From Octopus vulgaris (taxonomy: Eukaryota): a stretch of DNA of 64,000 bases. The DNA lies in contig OX597823.1 in NCBI GenBank assembly GCA_951406725.2, positions 61,876,001 to 61,940,000 on the forward strand, in the 5' to 3' direction. Under the pieces are notes generated by a model. That model did not search any database and was not told the DNA's origin. It worked only from the letters and a program-made list of their open reading frames with translations. Of the stretch, positions 26,370 through 38,873 are shown piece by piece (positions within the stretch are counted from its first letter, which is position 1; each line of letters starts with the position of its first letter). The position numbers and the translations under genes are program-made.

Positions 26370-26627
26370 CATTATTATTATTATTATTATTCAGGTCACT
26401 GCTTGGAATTGAACTCGGAAGGATAGGAAAATATTAGATTTATAAACTCCATAATTGCCCACGGGCATATGGCATAGTGGTTAAGAGTATGGGCTACTAA
26501 CCCCAAGATTCTGAGTTCAATTCCAAGCAGTGACCTGAATAATAATAATAACATCAAAAAATACCTTAGGAATGAGAACCCAGGTTCAAAATTTCCCCAA
26601 ATATCCATCAAATGTAAATAATGTATA
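25595..26627. mobile_element. Head-to-head inverted pair of a tRNA-headed, HHR-carrying non-autonomous retroelement
   Basis: 9-bp TSD aaataaagt at 25586-25594 and 26628-26636 splits a host SINE; plus copy 26463-26627 has A box TGGCATAGTGG (26470-26480) and B box GTTCAATTC (26515-26523); minus copy carries gacac-CTGAAGA-a-ggctgg..tcagct-GAAA-tgtgtt at ~25670-25712. Confidence 0.75.
25792..26337 (-). mobile_element. Second, shorter 5'-truncated Dong/R4-like LINE copy
   Basis: Nearly identical to 1176-1720 (ORF 25974..26372 RLE domain plus 3' UTR and A-tail); flanked by (TTA)n on both sides. Confidence 0.9.
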
Positions 26628-27204
26628 AAATAAAGTGTCTTGCTCAAGAGAACAACACACAGCCCAGTCCAGTCCAGGAATGCACTACCTCATGATTGTG
26701 AGCCCAACACTCTAACCACAGAGCCATGTGCCTTCACACCAATGAAAGTACAGCACTGAAATAATAGCAATAATTGTCATACCAGGAGAGACATCACCCT
26801 TCAGACAGTTTTCTCCATATATTACTCTTGTCTGCCAGTAAATAAACACTTTCTCTCTACTTTTCCTTCTCCATCTCTTACATGTTTTATAGCATTCCTT
26901 CAAAATGGTAGTTAGCGTAAGAGGCAGTGTGAACATGGTTGTTTGCTGGTTAGAGAAGACCAAGCGAGTCATTTGCTCCCTCCTGGATCAGGTCTTCGAA
27001 TGGAGAGCTAAGAGAAAACTCCTGAAAGTATCAAGAATTTCATGTCCTTGTCTCACTAAGATATATCAGTTCATTTATAGTTGATCAAGAAATTGTTTAT
27101 AAGTAACTCCAGTTTCACTTCTGTACATGGTTCCAATATGATAAAACAACTTTTTTTCTACTTTGGATTCAATTATTTATCTTCAAGCAAACCAATGCTG
27201 CATA

Positions 27205-27592
27205 CTCTTTTACTCTTTTACTTGTTTCAGTCATTTGACTGCGGCCATGCTGGGGCACCGCCTTTAGTCGAGCAGATCACCCCCAGTACTTATTCTTTGG
27301 AAGCCTAGTACTTATTCTATTGGTCTCTTTTGCCAAACCACTAAGTTACAGGGACGTAAATACACCACCATCGGTTGTCAAGCGATGTTGGGAGGACAAA
27401 TACAGACACACAAACATATACGCATACATATATATATATTCACATATATACGACAGGCTTCTTTCGGTTTCCGTCTACCAAATCCACTCACAAGTCTTTG
27501 GTTGGCCAGAGGCTATAGAATACACTTGCCCAAGGTGCCACGCAATGGGAATGAACCCAGAACCATGTGGTTGGTAACCAAGCTACTTACCA
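27205..27592 (-). mobile_element. tRNA-derived SINE (third family; also ~4300-4755, 38357-38758, 49226-49620, 54330-54590, 55270-55628)
   Basis: ggtaagtagcttg..ccacatggttctgggttc..ccttgggcaagtgt..ggatttggtagacggaaac..(TG)n..gaaacaagtaaaagagtaaaagag. Confidence 0.8.
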
Positions 27593-29571
27593 TGCATTAC
27601 TTCAAAATATTAATGTGACTTTTGCTGCAGACTGAGATTTGACACAATATTGTGATGCTACTTTTTTTGAATTGGAAGTTTTTGATTTTGGACTAAGGTG
27701 CTATTTTCACATTAATACAAGTTTGGTGATGCCAGAATTTTAGATTAAACTGTTATTTTCCCATTTTATGCATCTGCATTAACTGCTAAAAAGAATAATA
27801 ATAATTCTCTTTTTCAATGGAAGCAACCCAAGACACATGCAGTGACTGTAAACAATTTCAAAGCTGAGGTACTGACAGCTATGTATACTCTCATGAGCAT
27901 CATTTTAAATATTGATCAGATGAGACACCAAAGATGTCAAGAACTTTATGGCCAATGGTCAAGCTCATTCAAATATCTCATCTGCTATGGGCTGGAAAAT
28001 GTAATTTACCTGCAATTAGTAATACTTGAAACTTTTGATTTTAGAGTAGGTTGCTATTTTTACATTGCACTGCATCACATTGATACCAGTACCACAAGAC
28101 TAAGTTGTTATTTTTACATTGCTACAATTTAGACCAAGTTGTTATTTTTACATTATTATTATTTTTAGACCAGAAGAGAAAGACTGCAGCTTTTCAAGGA
28201 TTTTGTGTTGCCTTCTGAAAGAAATAGTGTTCAAGAAAAATCTATATTTGCAAGGAGCAGCCATTTATATTTATTTACCCATCCTTGTAATCACCTTTGA
28301 AAAATCTGAATATGAACTGTAGCCTAGAACATGCCTTGAATGTGTCCCCTTTAAAGATGGCTGTGGACAGCATTTACCTTTTAGCATTTAAGCAATCCAT
28401 ATCTAGCTAAAATATTCCACCTGTTTTCTGCTCAAACTAACCAGATCTTGCCTGTCACACCTAATCTACAATGTCATTTTAAAAATAAACAATTACATCA
28501 TCAAATTCTTGGAGCTACAAAATAATACATTTATAATTCAAAACAGTGTGAAGAATTAAGCACAACATTTGTCAGAGTAATTAATCAGAATGCTTAACTG
28601 TTAAGAATGTTCAATGATAACAAATAAGAAAAAAATGGGTTTTAAAACTTTTGATTATTAGTATAAAAGGTAAATTGTGAGAACTTCTCTAATCTTAGCC
28701 TTGAAAAACCTGTATGAGTATTCTGTTATGAATACTAATTTTGCTATTAATTAATTATATGATACAGTTATTTCCATTTCCATTCCAGAATCAGTAAATG
28801 TTGGCATGTTGTGCTATCTTCTAATGAATCATTTAATATGCTAATGTCCATTGGAATAGAAGAATATTATCTTTGATATGTTATTATTGAATGAAGTTTT
28901 AAAGAGACAAGCTGGCAAAATTGTTAGCATGCTGGTTAAAATGCTTAACAACATTTCATTTGTCTTTATTTTCTGAGTTCAAATTCTGCTGATTTCAACT
29001 TTGCCTTTTATCTTTTCAGGGTTGATAAAATAGGTAGCAGTAGCATACATGGGTCAATGTAATTGACTGGCCCCTTCCCACAGAATTTCAGGCCTTGTGC
29101 CTTAAGCAGAAAGGATTATTAGACAAAGGTTTCCAAACTCCAAAAACCCTATTATGCAAATGTCCATTTATAGTTAATAAATTGTCAGAATTGTTAGAGC
29201 ATCAGACAGAATATTTCATGGTATTTGTTCTGAGTTCAAATCATGCCGAAGTCAACTTTGCCTGCCAGCCATTTTGGGATTGATGAAAATGTACCACTCC
29301 AAGACAGAAGATTATCAAAACTGTAAGAAACTTGCAGTATTGTTCCAGTTCTTTCTATTCTGAATTCAATTTTTACCCTAGTTGACTTGAGTGGTAGACA
29401 TAACCTATCAACTAGTTTAACACCATCACTTGGCACTGTGGGTATCTTTAACAGAATCCACTCTGTTGCAAGCAGCCAGGCCAGGTTCCTGGTTCAATCC
29501 CAGAGAACCTATAACATGTCATGGGTACTGCCCTCCCTCATGATTAAAAGATCCCAATTCACACACACACA

Positions 29572-29625
<54 letters not shown>

Positions 29626-29698
29626 TACACACACACTATATACATACATACATATATACACACACCCACACATACACACACACACACATATATATACG

Positions 29699-29739
<41 letters not shown>

Positions 29740-29757
29740 ACACACACACACACACAC

Positions 29758-29815
<58 letters not shown>

Positions 29816-29856
29816 GCACATGTGCGAATATATACATATATATATAATATACAAAA

Positions 29857-30234
29857 AATGGAGAGTGTGAACACTGAAAATCAGTTTATTTACATAACAG
29901 TAGTCAATTTCCTGTCACCTACACACGTTTCAGTTCCTACCTTAATTTGTATTTCACAATTAAATTGCATTATGAATTTGATACGTAAAAATCTCTTCCG
30001 AGCAAAATTAACATTAATTTATTTACATCTAAAAGGATGTAAGGAACTCTCCATCCTTTAGGATGTAAATGAATTCATGTCAATTTTGCCCTGAAGCGAT
30101 TTTTACCTATAATATTCATAATACAATTTAATTGTGAAATATGAATGAAGGTAGGAATTGAAACGTGCATAGACGATATGAAATTGACAACTATTATGTA
30201 AATAAATTGATTTTCTGTGTTCAAACTCTCCATT
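29857..30234. repeat. Foldback inverted repeat, ~183-bp arms, 12-nt loop (30040-30051)
   Basis: Arms align without gaps but with many substitutions; explains the paired ORFs 29822+ and 30075-. Confidence 0.9.
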
Positions 30235-30397
30235 CTCAGAAAGATAAAAACATCTATAATGACCACTGGAACTTCATAAGTGTTAAGTGCTGATGTCAAA
30301 GAGGAACCATCAATAAACATTAATATTAACACAAATCAATCAATATGAAGCTAAACCAGTGTATACTTGGATGAAATGCATGGCTTGTCATAAACAC

Positions 30398-30431
<34 letters not shown>

Positions 30432-30438
<7 letters not shown>

Positions 30439-31390
30439 AATAAATGTTTTTATATATAAAGAACGTGAAATACAGGAAGGGACGAACACGGAACACAGAC
30501 AAATCATTCGAAGCCTTCAATCTTCAGTCAGACACCGAATCATCATAGCAAATTTCGGCTGTTCAATTCTGATATTTGCTCCAACTCGGCCAGCCCCAAG
30601 AAAAAAACTAAGCTGTAAGCATTAGATTTCTTGGTAGAAGACAAGAATGTAAACGCAAGAGACGGATGTAAATACAAGAGACGAAAACAAAATTGAAAAC
30701 AGTAATGGATAAACAAAATATAACGGTGGTTGTCTTACGACTTTAGACCAAATGAGACAAAAACAACAACAACATAGCAGCTGGCGTAGAAATAATTACC
30801 TTTTCGGTAGAGATACGATTGCCAACAGAATGGTTAAGAAGCAGCAGGTTGCAGGAGAGAGAGAGAAAGAGAGACAGAGAGAGAGGGAATCAAAGAGGGT
30901 GGAAGGCAGGGGACAGAATCAGGGACCAAGAGAAAAGGAGAAAGAAGGGATTGAGGAGGATGGGAGGAAGAGGGGGAAGAATCGGAGGGCGCCAAAATAG
31001 TTTGGTAAAGAAGCAATGGCGGGTAGGAAAGACAAAGTATATAGAAGTCGTGCAGGGTTTAAAATTGGATAAACAAACGGGGGGTGCACGTAACGCCGCA
31101 ATAATATAAGAATAAATGTTTTTATATATAAAGAACGTGAAATACAGGAAGGGACGAACACGGAACACAGACAAATCATTCGAAGCCTTCAATCTTCAGT
31201 CAGACACCGAATCATCATAGCAAATTTCGGCTGTTCAATTCTGATATTTGCTCCAACTCGCCAGCCCCAAGAAAAAAACTAAGCTGTAAGCATTAGATTT
31301 CTTGGTAGAAGACAAGAATGTAAACGCAAGAGACGGATGTAAATACAAGAGACGAAAACAAAATTGAAAACAGTAATGGATAAACAAAAT
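30432..31390 (-). mobile_element. Near-identical ~288-bp direct repeats (30432-30719, 31104-31390) around a ~385-bp core; Penelope-type tandem pLTR structure
   Basis: Copies differ visibly by one indel (actcggccagcc vs actcgccagcc); CpG-rich, so young; contains CTGAAGA and ccGAAA motifs on the minus strand. Confidence 0.7.
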
Positions 31391-32074
31391 GAGAAAATGG
31401 AGAAATATATCTAAATCAATCATCAACTCTCAGATAATACCCAATCAATACTTTATTAAACCACTACATAATAGCAATGATATTATACATTAATATAGTA
31501 CAAATATAACAAGACATAGAAATACATTTACATTGTAGCTGACCGCTGTTTCGGCCGTGAAGACAGGTATGTCTCATTTAACCTATTAGCCATATAAAGC
31601 AGGTATAAATGAGACATTAACAAGAATATCTCACGGCTTTACAACACCTATCTCATTTTATATATATATATATATATTTATATTTAAATATATATATAAT
31701 ATAAGTAAGATTCAGTTGAATTAGGTACTTAAACTGAGGCACCTCTTTAGATCGGAATAATATACACACACAACAATATTATGAAAATATCAAATTTGGC
31801 ACATAAGTACTGGCCAAATGATATTCCTGCAGTATATGTAGGTAATTAGACCCAGCTGAGTGAAGAAATCTGCTTTTGAGGTATTCAGACATGTACATTA
31901 TATTAAATATACAGACCATAATATTTATGAAGGGCAGATTCTGTATGCCATACTGTCACTCATTTATATTTCATATATATATATATATACACACACATAC
32001 ACACATACATATATATATATATATATAAATAAAAACTTACTTGGAGAAGAAAAACAACGCGTGCGTTCGCTCAT

Positions 32075-33011
32075 ATAACAATATAATAAATAAATAAAAC
32101 ATATGCATATATACATACATATATGTACATACTTACATCTATATGTATATATACATGCATATATATACATATGAGTACAGGACACCACAAATAAACGTAG
32201 AACACAACGAGAAACGAAAACATAAAATCAAACAAGGAAACAGACTTTTTTTAACAACGAAAAAACAGAGTACAGGACAAACAATACAAGGAAAATTCCC
32301 CTTCATCAGCTGCCCCTGGTTCGACTCAATGCGAGTTTTGAAGGTAAGGGCAGAACATGGCCAGGCCGAAACAATCCTTCCTGCAAAAGGAATTAAATAA
32401 AATTCTTTGCAGAGGGGTAAAACAAGTGACAAGAACAGGACGTACAAGCAATACAAATGAAGAAAAAACAGTAGAAAAACAGTACAAATAAAGAATAACA
32501 GGACATGGAAACCAACAATAAGGGCTTTTTTAAGCCTAGACGGTGGAAAAATTAGTTAGAACGCATGTGAAAAATCGGCTTGCGAAAGACAGAGAAGTCG
32601 ATGTATGCTTGTTGAAGGCACGAGCCGATTTTTCACATGCGTTCTAACTAATTTTTCCACCATCTAGGCCTAAAAAAGCCCTTATTGTTGGTTTCCTTGT
32701 CCTGTTATTCTTTATTTGTACTGTTTTTTCTTCATTTGTATTGCTTGTACGTCCTGTTCTTGTCACTTGTTTTACCCCTCTGCAAAGAATTTTATTTAAT
32801 TCCTTTTGCAGGAAGGATTGCTTCGGCCTGGCCGTGTTCTGCCCTTACCTTCGAAACACGCATTGAGTCAAACCAGGGGCAGCTGATGAAGGGGAATTTT
32901 CCTTGTATTGTTTGTCCTGTACTGTTTTTTCGTTGTTAAAAAAAGCCCATTTCCTTGTTTGATTTTATGTTTTCATTTCTCGTGTTCTACGTTTATTTGT
33001 GGTGTCCTGTA

Positions 33012-33071
<60 letters not shown>

Positions 33072-33152
33072 TGTATATATACATATAGATGTAAGTATGT
33101 ACATATATGTATGTATATATGCATATGTTTTATTTATTTATTATATTGTTAT
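32075..33152. repeat. Long near-perfect inverted repeat (arms 32075-32580 and 32623-33152, 42-nt loop), Penelope pLTR-derived
   Basis: Arms are reverse complements including the flanking TA-rich sequence; mirrored ORFs 32139- and 32685+; related to the pLTR-like segment at ~42465-42715. Confidence 0.9.
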
Positions 33153-33212
<60 letters not shown>

Positions 33213-33371
33213 TATACATAGTTGCAGGTGTAGCAGTGTAGTAAGAAGCTTGCTTCCTAATCACATGTTTCCAGTTTCAGTCCCACTGTGTGCCACTTTG
33301 GCCAAGCCAACCAAAGCCTTGAGTGGATTTGGTAGACAGAAACTGAAAGAAGACCATCGTATGTGTGTGTA

Positions 33372-33414
<43 letters not shown>

Positions 33415-33646
33415 CAAGTGTGTGTGTGTGTGAGAGAGAGAGAGGGACGTTATTATTATTATTATTATTATTTATTAATAAATAAATAATAATAATAATA
33501 ATAATATAAGTGGCCAGCAAGCATTGAAGCCAATAAAAGGGTAATTCCATAAATTTATAATTAATTAATAATTATAATTGAGGATGCACAAGGCACCAGT
33601 ATTGCTATAAATAAGAGTTGAAAAATACCCTAATGAGCCAACATAG

Positions 33647-33701
<55 letters not shown>

Positions 33702-33727
33702 CATACATACATACATACATACATACA

Positions 33728-33759
<32 letters not shown>

Positions 33760-33775
33760 CATATACATATATATA

Positions 33776-34633
33776 CAAGGAGGCACCTAAAAGTAACCAG
33801 AAACATTCTCAGTGGGACAAGCCTGTTGTAGCTGAGGCTTCCTTCACTAGAAATCACTTGATTCAACCCTCAGGCATCAGTATGCCAACTAACATCATTG
33901 ATTGAAGTCATACTGCTGCATTGTGCATCTTTGTTTTGCAGCGCTTTTCCCCTGTTTGTTGATTTTTGCAATGGCTAAAATGAAAGAACTGCATGCTTCC
34001 ATGAAATTCTGTTTTCTACTGGGGAAAATGGAGGCCAAAACAATTGTCATGCTTCAGACAGCTTACAAGGTCACTTGTTGATTGAAGATCAACCTTGTTC
34101 AGGGCATCCATTGACTTCCTGAATGAATGAAACATCATCATGAAAATTCATGAAGTGATCTTGGAGGACTATCACCGAATAACTGATGAAGTTTTTGATA
34201 TGAATGGTGTGTCCTGGAGCTCCTGCCAAGGAATTTTGACTGAGGAAGGGCAAATGAAAATAGCTGCAGTGATATCTGTTCCTCGCTTGCTCACAGAAGA
34301 TCAAAAGTAGTCATGACTGAATGTGTGTTGTGAACTGAAAGAACCGTTGGAAATTTATCTGGACATTTTTTTTTGGTTTTTTTTTTGAAGATCATCACTG
34401 GTGACAAAAGCTGGTGCTACAGAATTTGCAGATGTGGCAGACGTGAAGAAAAAAAAAAACGATGGAGGCATTGCTTTGCAAGAGTTCCAGCACTGCTTTG
34501 AACAGTGGAAAATACACCTAGACTGATGCATTTCTTCGAATGAAGAATACTTTGAAGATGATAAAAGTGTAAACATGTAAAAAAGTGAATAAAATAATAT
34601 TACAAAATTCCAGTTTCTTTTCGGTATCCCTTT
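33776..34633 (+). mobile_element. Internally deleted mariner (Tc1/mariner) transposon
   Basis: From ATG 33971: MKFCFLLGK..MLQTAYK, EDQPCSGHP, SVPRLLTEDQK (WVPHEL-like), IITGDKSWCY (first catalytic D), FQHCFEQWK..CISSNEEYFEDD; degenerate TIRs caaggaggcacctaaaagtaaccagaa / ttccagtttcttttcggtatcccttt in TA context. Confidence 0.85.
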
Positions 34634-35344
34634 ATATATACATCATCATCATCATCATCATCATCGTTTAACGTCCGCTTTCCATGCTAGCATAGGTTGG
34701 ACGGTTCAACTGGGGTCTGGCAAGCTCGAAGGCTGCACCAGGCCAGTCAGATCTGGCAGTGTTTCTACATATACATATATATATATACACACACGAATAC
34801 ACATACACACACATACACATATACGTATGTGTGTGTGTGTGTGTGTGTGTTTGTCCCTCACCACCACTTGACAACTGGAGTTGATGTGTTTGCATCTGTG
34901 CAACTTAGCAGTTCACCAAAAAAGTACCAATAGAATAAGAGCCAAGCTTAAAAATAAGTACCGGGGTTGATTCATTTGACTAAAAATTCTCCCAGGAGAT
35001 GCACCAGCATGGCTGTAGTCTAATGACTGAAAGAAATAAAAGTAAAAAAAAAAGGAAATATATATATCTTAAAATCTTTTTCAAGCTGATCACATGGAGA
35101 AATGGCGTTCATTTCCATTTTGGATGGAGACAAACGCTGTTCCTCCATGTGATTGGCTTGAAAAATTGTTAAGATGTTAAAATATTTTTCTTAACATGAA
35201 ACCAATGGTAGCCTTAATACACAAATAAAAAAATTCTGACCACTAATGCAGTGTTGAGCACTTACTCACATCATTCAACACATATGTGTGTGTATGTGTA
35301 TACATATATATAAATATATATATACATACACTTATATATGTATA

Positions 35345-35387
<43 letters not shown>

Positions 35388-35391
<4 letters not shown>

Positions 35392-35968
35392 ACAATCAAG
35401 GAACGGCCATAATAGGCCATTCACCCACTAGAAATAACAGCCAAAAGCTTTAACCGCAAAATAATGTCAATTCCGTAAACCAGGAGAAAATTGAAAAACA
35501 TTTACCCTGTAATTTCTTAGACGATGCACCGTTTCATCTTCAGTTTAATGGAAAACTAACCTGATTAAATTAAATCAAGCCAATCTACCATAGGCCCTTA
35601 GATTCATCAGTAAGAAATAGCCAAAACCGGAACAGATATTTTTCACGAGGCATTCTCATTGCTACCTCGTCAATATCTGACCTAAAATTTTCAAATCGTC
35701 GCACTCGCGCCAAATTTATCGGCAGAAAATAAATATAAGCCGCCGATTCCATTACGTAATAAACCAGAAAATTCATAATTAATCAATATAGGGTGGCAAA
35801 AAAAAATTTTGTAGAATTCTTTTGCCACCAGCGGCCTAGTGGGAAAAAATTAAATAGTCATAAACCATTTTTAAGTTCAACATCAACAATCAAGGAACGG
35901 CCATAATAGGCCATTCACCCACTAGAAATAACAGCCAAAATTTTTTTTGCCACCCTATATTGATTAAT
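35388..35968. repeat. Rearranged CpG-rich segment with a 59-bp exact direct repeat and a 32-bp inverted repeat
   Basis: 35388-35446 = 35882-35940; 35778-35810 is the reverse complement of 35937-35968. Confidence 0.85.
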
Positions 35969-36217
35969 AATAAATATATATATATATATATATAGTATTT
36001 TGATCAGTAATCAATGTGCATAATGTATATGTATTGGTGTTTTTCTTTTAATTTTATTCCTTTTAGGACTTTAATAAGTAAATTTAAACCAACTAATAGA
36101 CCAGTTTGTGTCAAAAATAATTTCATTATTGTATAATTGAATAATATTCAAAACCAAAAGTATTATAGCTAATCTGAAGGACACTACTGTATTCTGCATT
36201 AATTATATAAATTTGTG

Positions 36218-36255
<38 letters not shown>

Positions 36256-38029
36256 CTAACTCCTCTTTGAATAGATTTTTATGATACTGCATAAAAGTGT
36301 TTATGCTTATCACACACAGTGAAAGTTTATGATGCAGTACAATTGTTTTCAAATGAGAAGAATGTATTAAGTTATTTATTAAATTTAGCATGAGTCTACA
36401 ATAAGCTTCAACTTTTGGTTGATAATTAATGGTCAGTAAGTGGTTAATTGAAAGCGTGTTCACTTTACTACAGTAAATGGTAAAGTCAAGGCTCGTGGCT
36501 TAGTGGTTATAGTGTTGCATTCAAGAACATAAGATTGTGGCTTCAATTCTCAGACTGGTAGTGCATTGTGTTCTTGAACAAAACAAATCGTTTCACATTA
36601 CTCCTATCCAATCTGCTGTAAATGGATAAGCCTATGACAGACTGGCATTCCATTCAAAGGGAATGTTGCCTTGCCCAGCTATCATGGTACCTAGTGGTGC
36701 ATAACAACATGTGAAAGCCTGGTCAATACTGGGATTCAGTGAAGTGGCAAATTATTAATTACCATTATTTATTTTAAGGCAGCAAGCTGGCAGAAATTTT
36801 AAAGACAGCGAGCCGGCAGAAACGTTAGCACGCCGGGCGAAATGCTTAGCAGTATTTCGTCTGCTGTTATGTTCTGAGTTCAAATTCCGCCGAGGTTGAC
36901 TTTGCCTTTCGTCCTTTCGGGGTCAATGAATTAAGTAGCAGTTATGCACTGGGGTCGATGTAATCGACTTAATCCCTTTGTCTGTCCTTGTTTGTCCTCT
37001 CTATGTTTAGCCCCTTGTGGTCAATAAAGAAATAAGAAATGTTAGCACACTAGACAAAGTGCTTAGTGGTATTTCGCCCATCGCTATGCTCTGAGTAAAA
37101 ATTCTGCCAAGGTTGATTTTGCTTTTCATCCTTTCAAGATTGATAAATTAAGTACCTGTTGTGTACTGGGGTTGATCAAAGACTGCCCCGCCGCCCCAAA
37201 AATTTCAGGCCTTGTGCCTATAGTAGAAAGGATTATTATCATTTATTTTAATATTAAACATGGGTTTCAAATTTTGGCACAAGGCCAGTAATTCCAGGGG
37301 ATTGTGTAAGTTGATTACATTGACCCCAGTGCTCAACTGGTACTTATTTTATCGACTCCAAAAGGGTGAAAGGCAAAGTAGACCTTGGCAGAATGTCAAG
37401 TCAGAACATAAAGACAGACTAAATACGGCTAAGCATTTTGTCCAGCATGAGAACGATACTGCCAGCTTGCCACTTTAATAATAATAATGATACTAATATT
37501 TATACTACTAATACTAAAACTAATACGGCTACTAATAATAATATTAGTTTCAAATTTTGGTATGAGGCCAGTAATTTTGGGGAGAGGGTAAATCAATTAT
37601 ATCGACCCCAGTGCTCAACTGGTAATTATTTTATCGACCCTGAAAGAGTGAAAAGCAAAATAAATCTTGGCAGAATTTGAACTCAGAATGCAAAGACAGA
37701 TTAAATGTTGCTAAGCATTTCGCCTGGTGTGGTAATGATTCTGCCAGCTTGCTGCCTTACTTTGATACTAAATATTGCCCTTTAGAAAGAAGGATGTACT
37801 CAAATGCCTCTAAAATTGGTCTACTTTCAAAATCTTCTTAGGGAGAGGATACAATTTACAGCAGCCCCACCCCTTGTTCCCCACTACTCATTAGAATTCA
37901 TTGCATTTGCCTGATTCCACCATCTTCCATTTGCCAAATGAAAGGTGCAATAGTTTTAATTTTGTATAACGTCACTCTGTAAAAGTTGCAGCAAATGCAT
38001 ATGGGTGTGAGGTAAGAATTACTTATACC

Positions 38030-38149
38030 AACCCCAAAGCATTTTCATAATTTTGTCCTAAATGTCCATGTTTGTTTTCAAACTTTTAGTTAGCATTTGG
38101 TTCACATGTTCTAAGTAATATAAAAACTTTCCTAAGTCTCAAGTTACTC
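38030..38149. repeat. ~120-bp local duplication, copy 1 (copy 2 at 39335-39459)
   Basis: caaagcatttt..ttgtcctaaatgtccatgtttgttttca..taagtctcaagttactct twice. Confidence 0.9.
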
Positions 38150-38811
38150 TGGTGGTTACTTATTACAAAAATAAATATACAAGCTTGGCTGTGTGGCTAA
38201 AAAGCTCCCATTGTAACCACATGATTTCATGTTCAATTCCATTGTGAGGCACCTTGGACAAGAGTAGTGTCTTCTAGTATAGCCTTTAGGCCACCCAATG
38301 CATTGTGAATGAATTTGGTAGACAGAAACTTAGTGAGTGTGTATATATATATATAGGCACAGGAGTAGCTGTATGGTAAGTAGCTTGCTTACCAACATGG
38401 TTCCAGGTTCAGTCCCACTGTGGGCGCCTTGGGCAAGTGTCTTCTACTATGGCCTCAGGCCGACCAAAGCCTTGTGAGTTATTTGGTAGACAGAAAGGTA
38501 AAGAAGCCCATCATATGTATATATATATATATATGCGTGTGTGTGTGTGTGTGTATGTTTGTGTGTCTGTGTTTGTCCCCACAACATCGCTTGACAACCA
38601 ATGCTGGTGTGTTTACATCTCTGTAACTTAGTAGTTTGGCAAAAGAGACCGACAGAATATGTACTAGGCTTACAAGGAATAAGTCTTTCGTCAATTTGCT
38701 CAACTAAAGGCGGTGCTCCAGCATGGCTGCAGAGAAATGACTGAAACAAGTAAAAGAATATATATATACATTTATATATATCATATATTTGTATATGTGT
38801 GTGCGTGTGTA

Positions 38812-38873
<62 letters not shown>

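Noticed and set aside
26463-26536. Functional tRNA gene with ACT anticodon
   Set aside because: Acceptor stem does not pair well and it is fused to a repeat body; SINE-type head
28050-28160. Three spaced copies of gttg(c/t)tatttttacatt, CRISPR-like
   Set aside because: Eukaryotic context, only three units, irregular spacing; simple local tandem duplication
26712-28322. Exon-like unique DNA with splice-like signals on both strands (e.g. acceptors near 26892 and 28168)
   Set aside because: No consistent frame or recognisable protein; cannot be supported without transcripts
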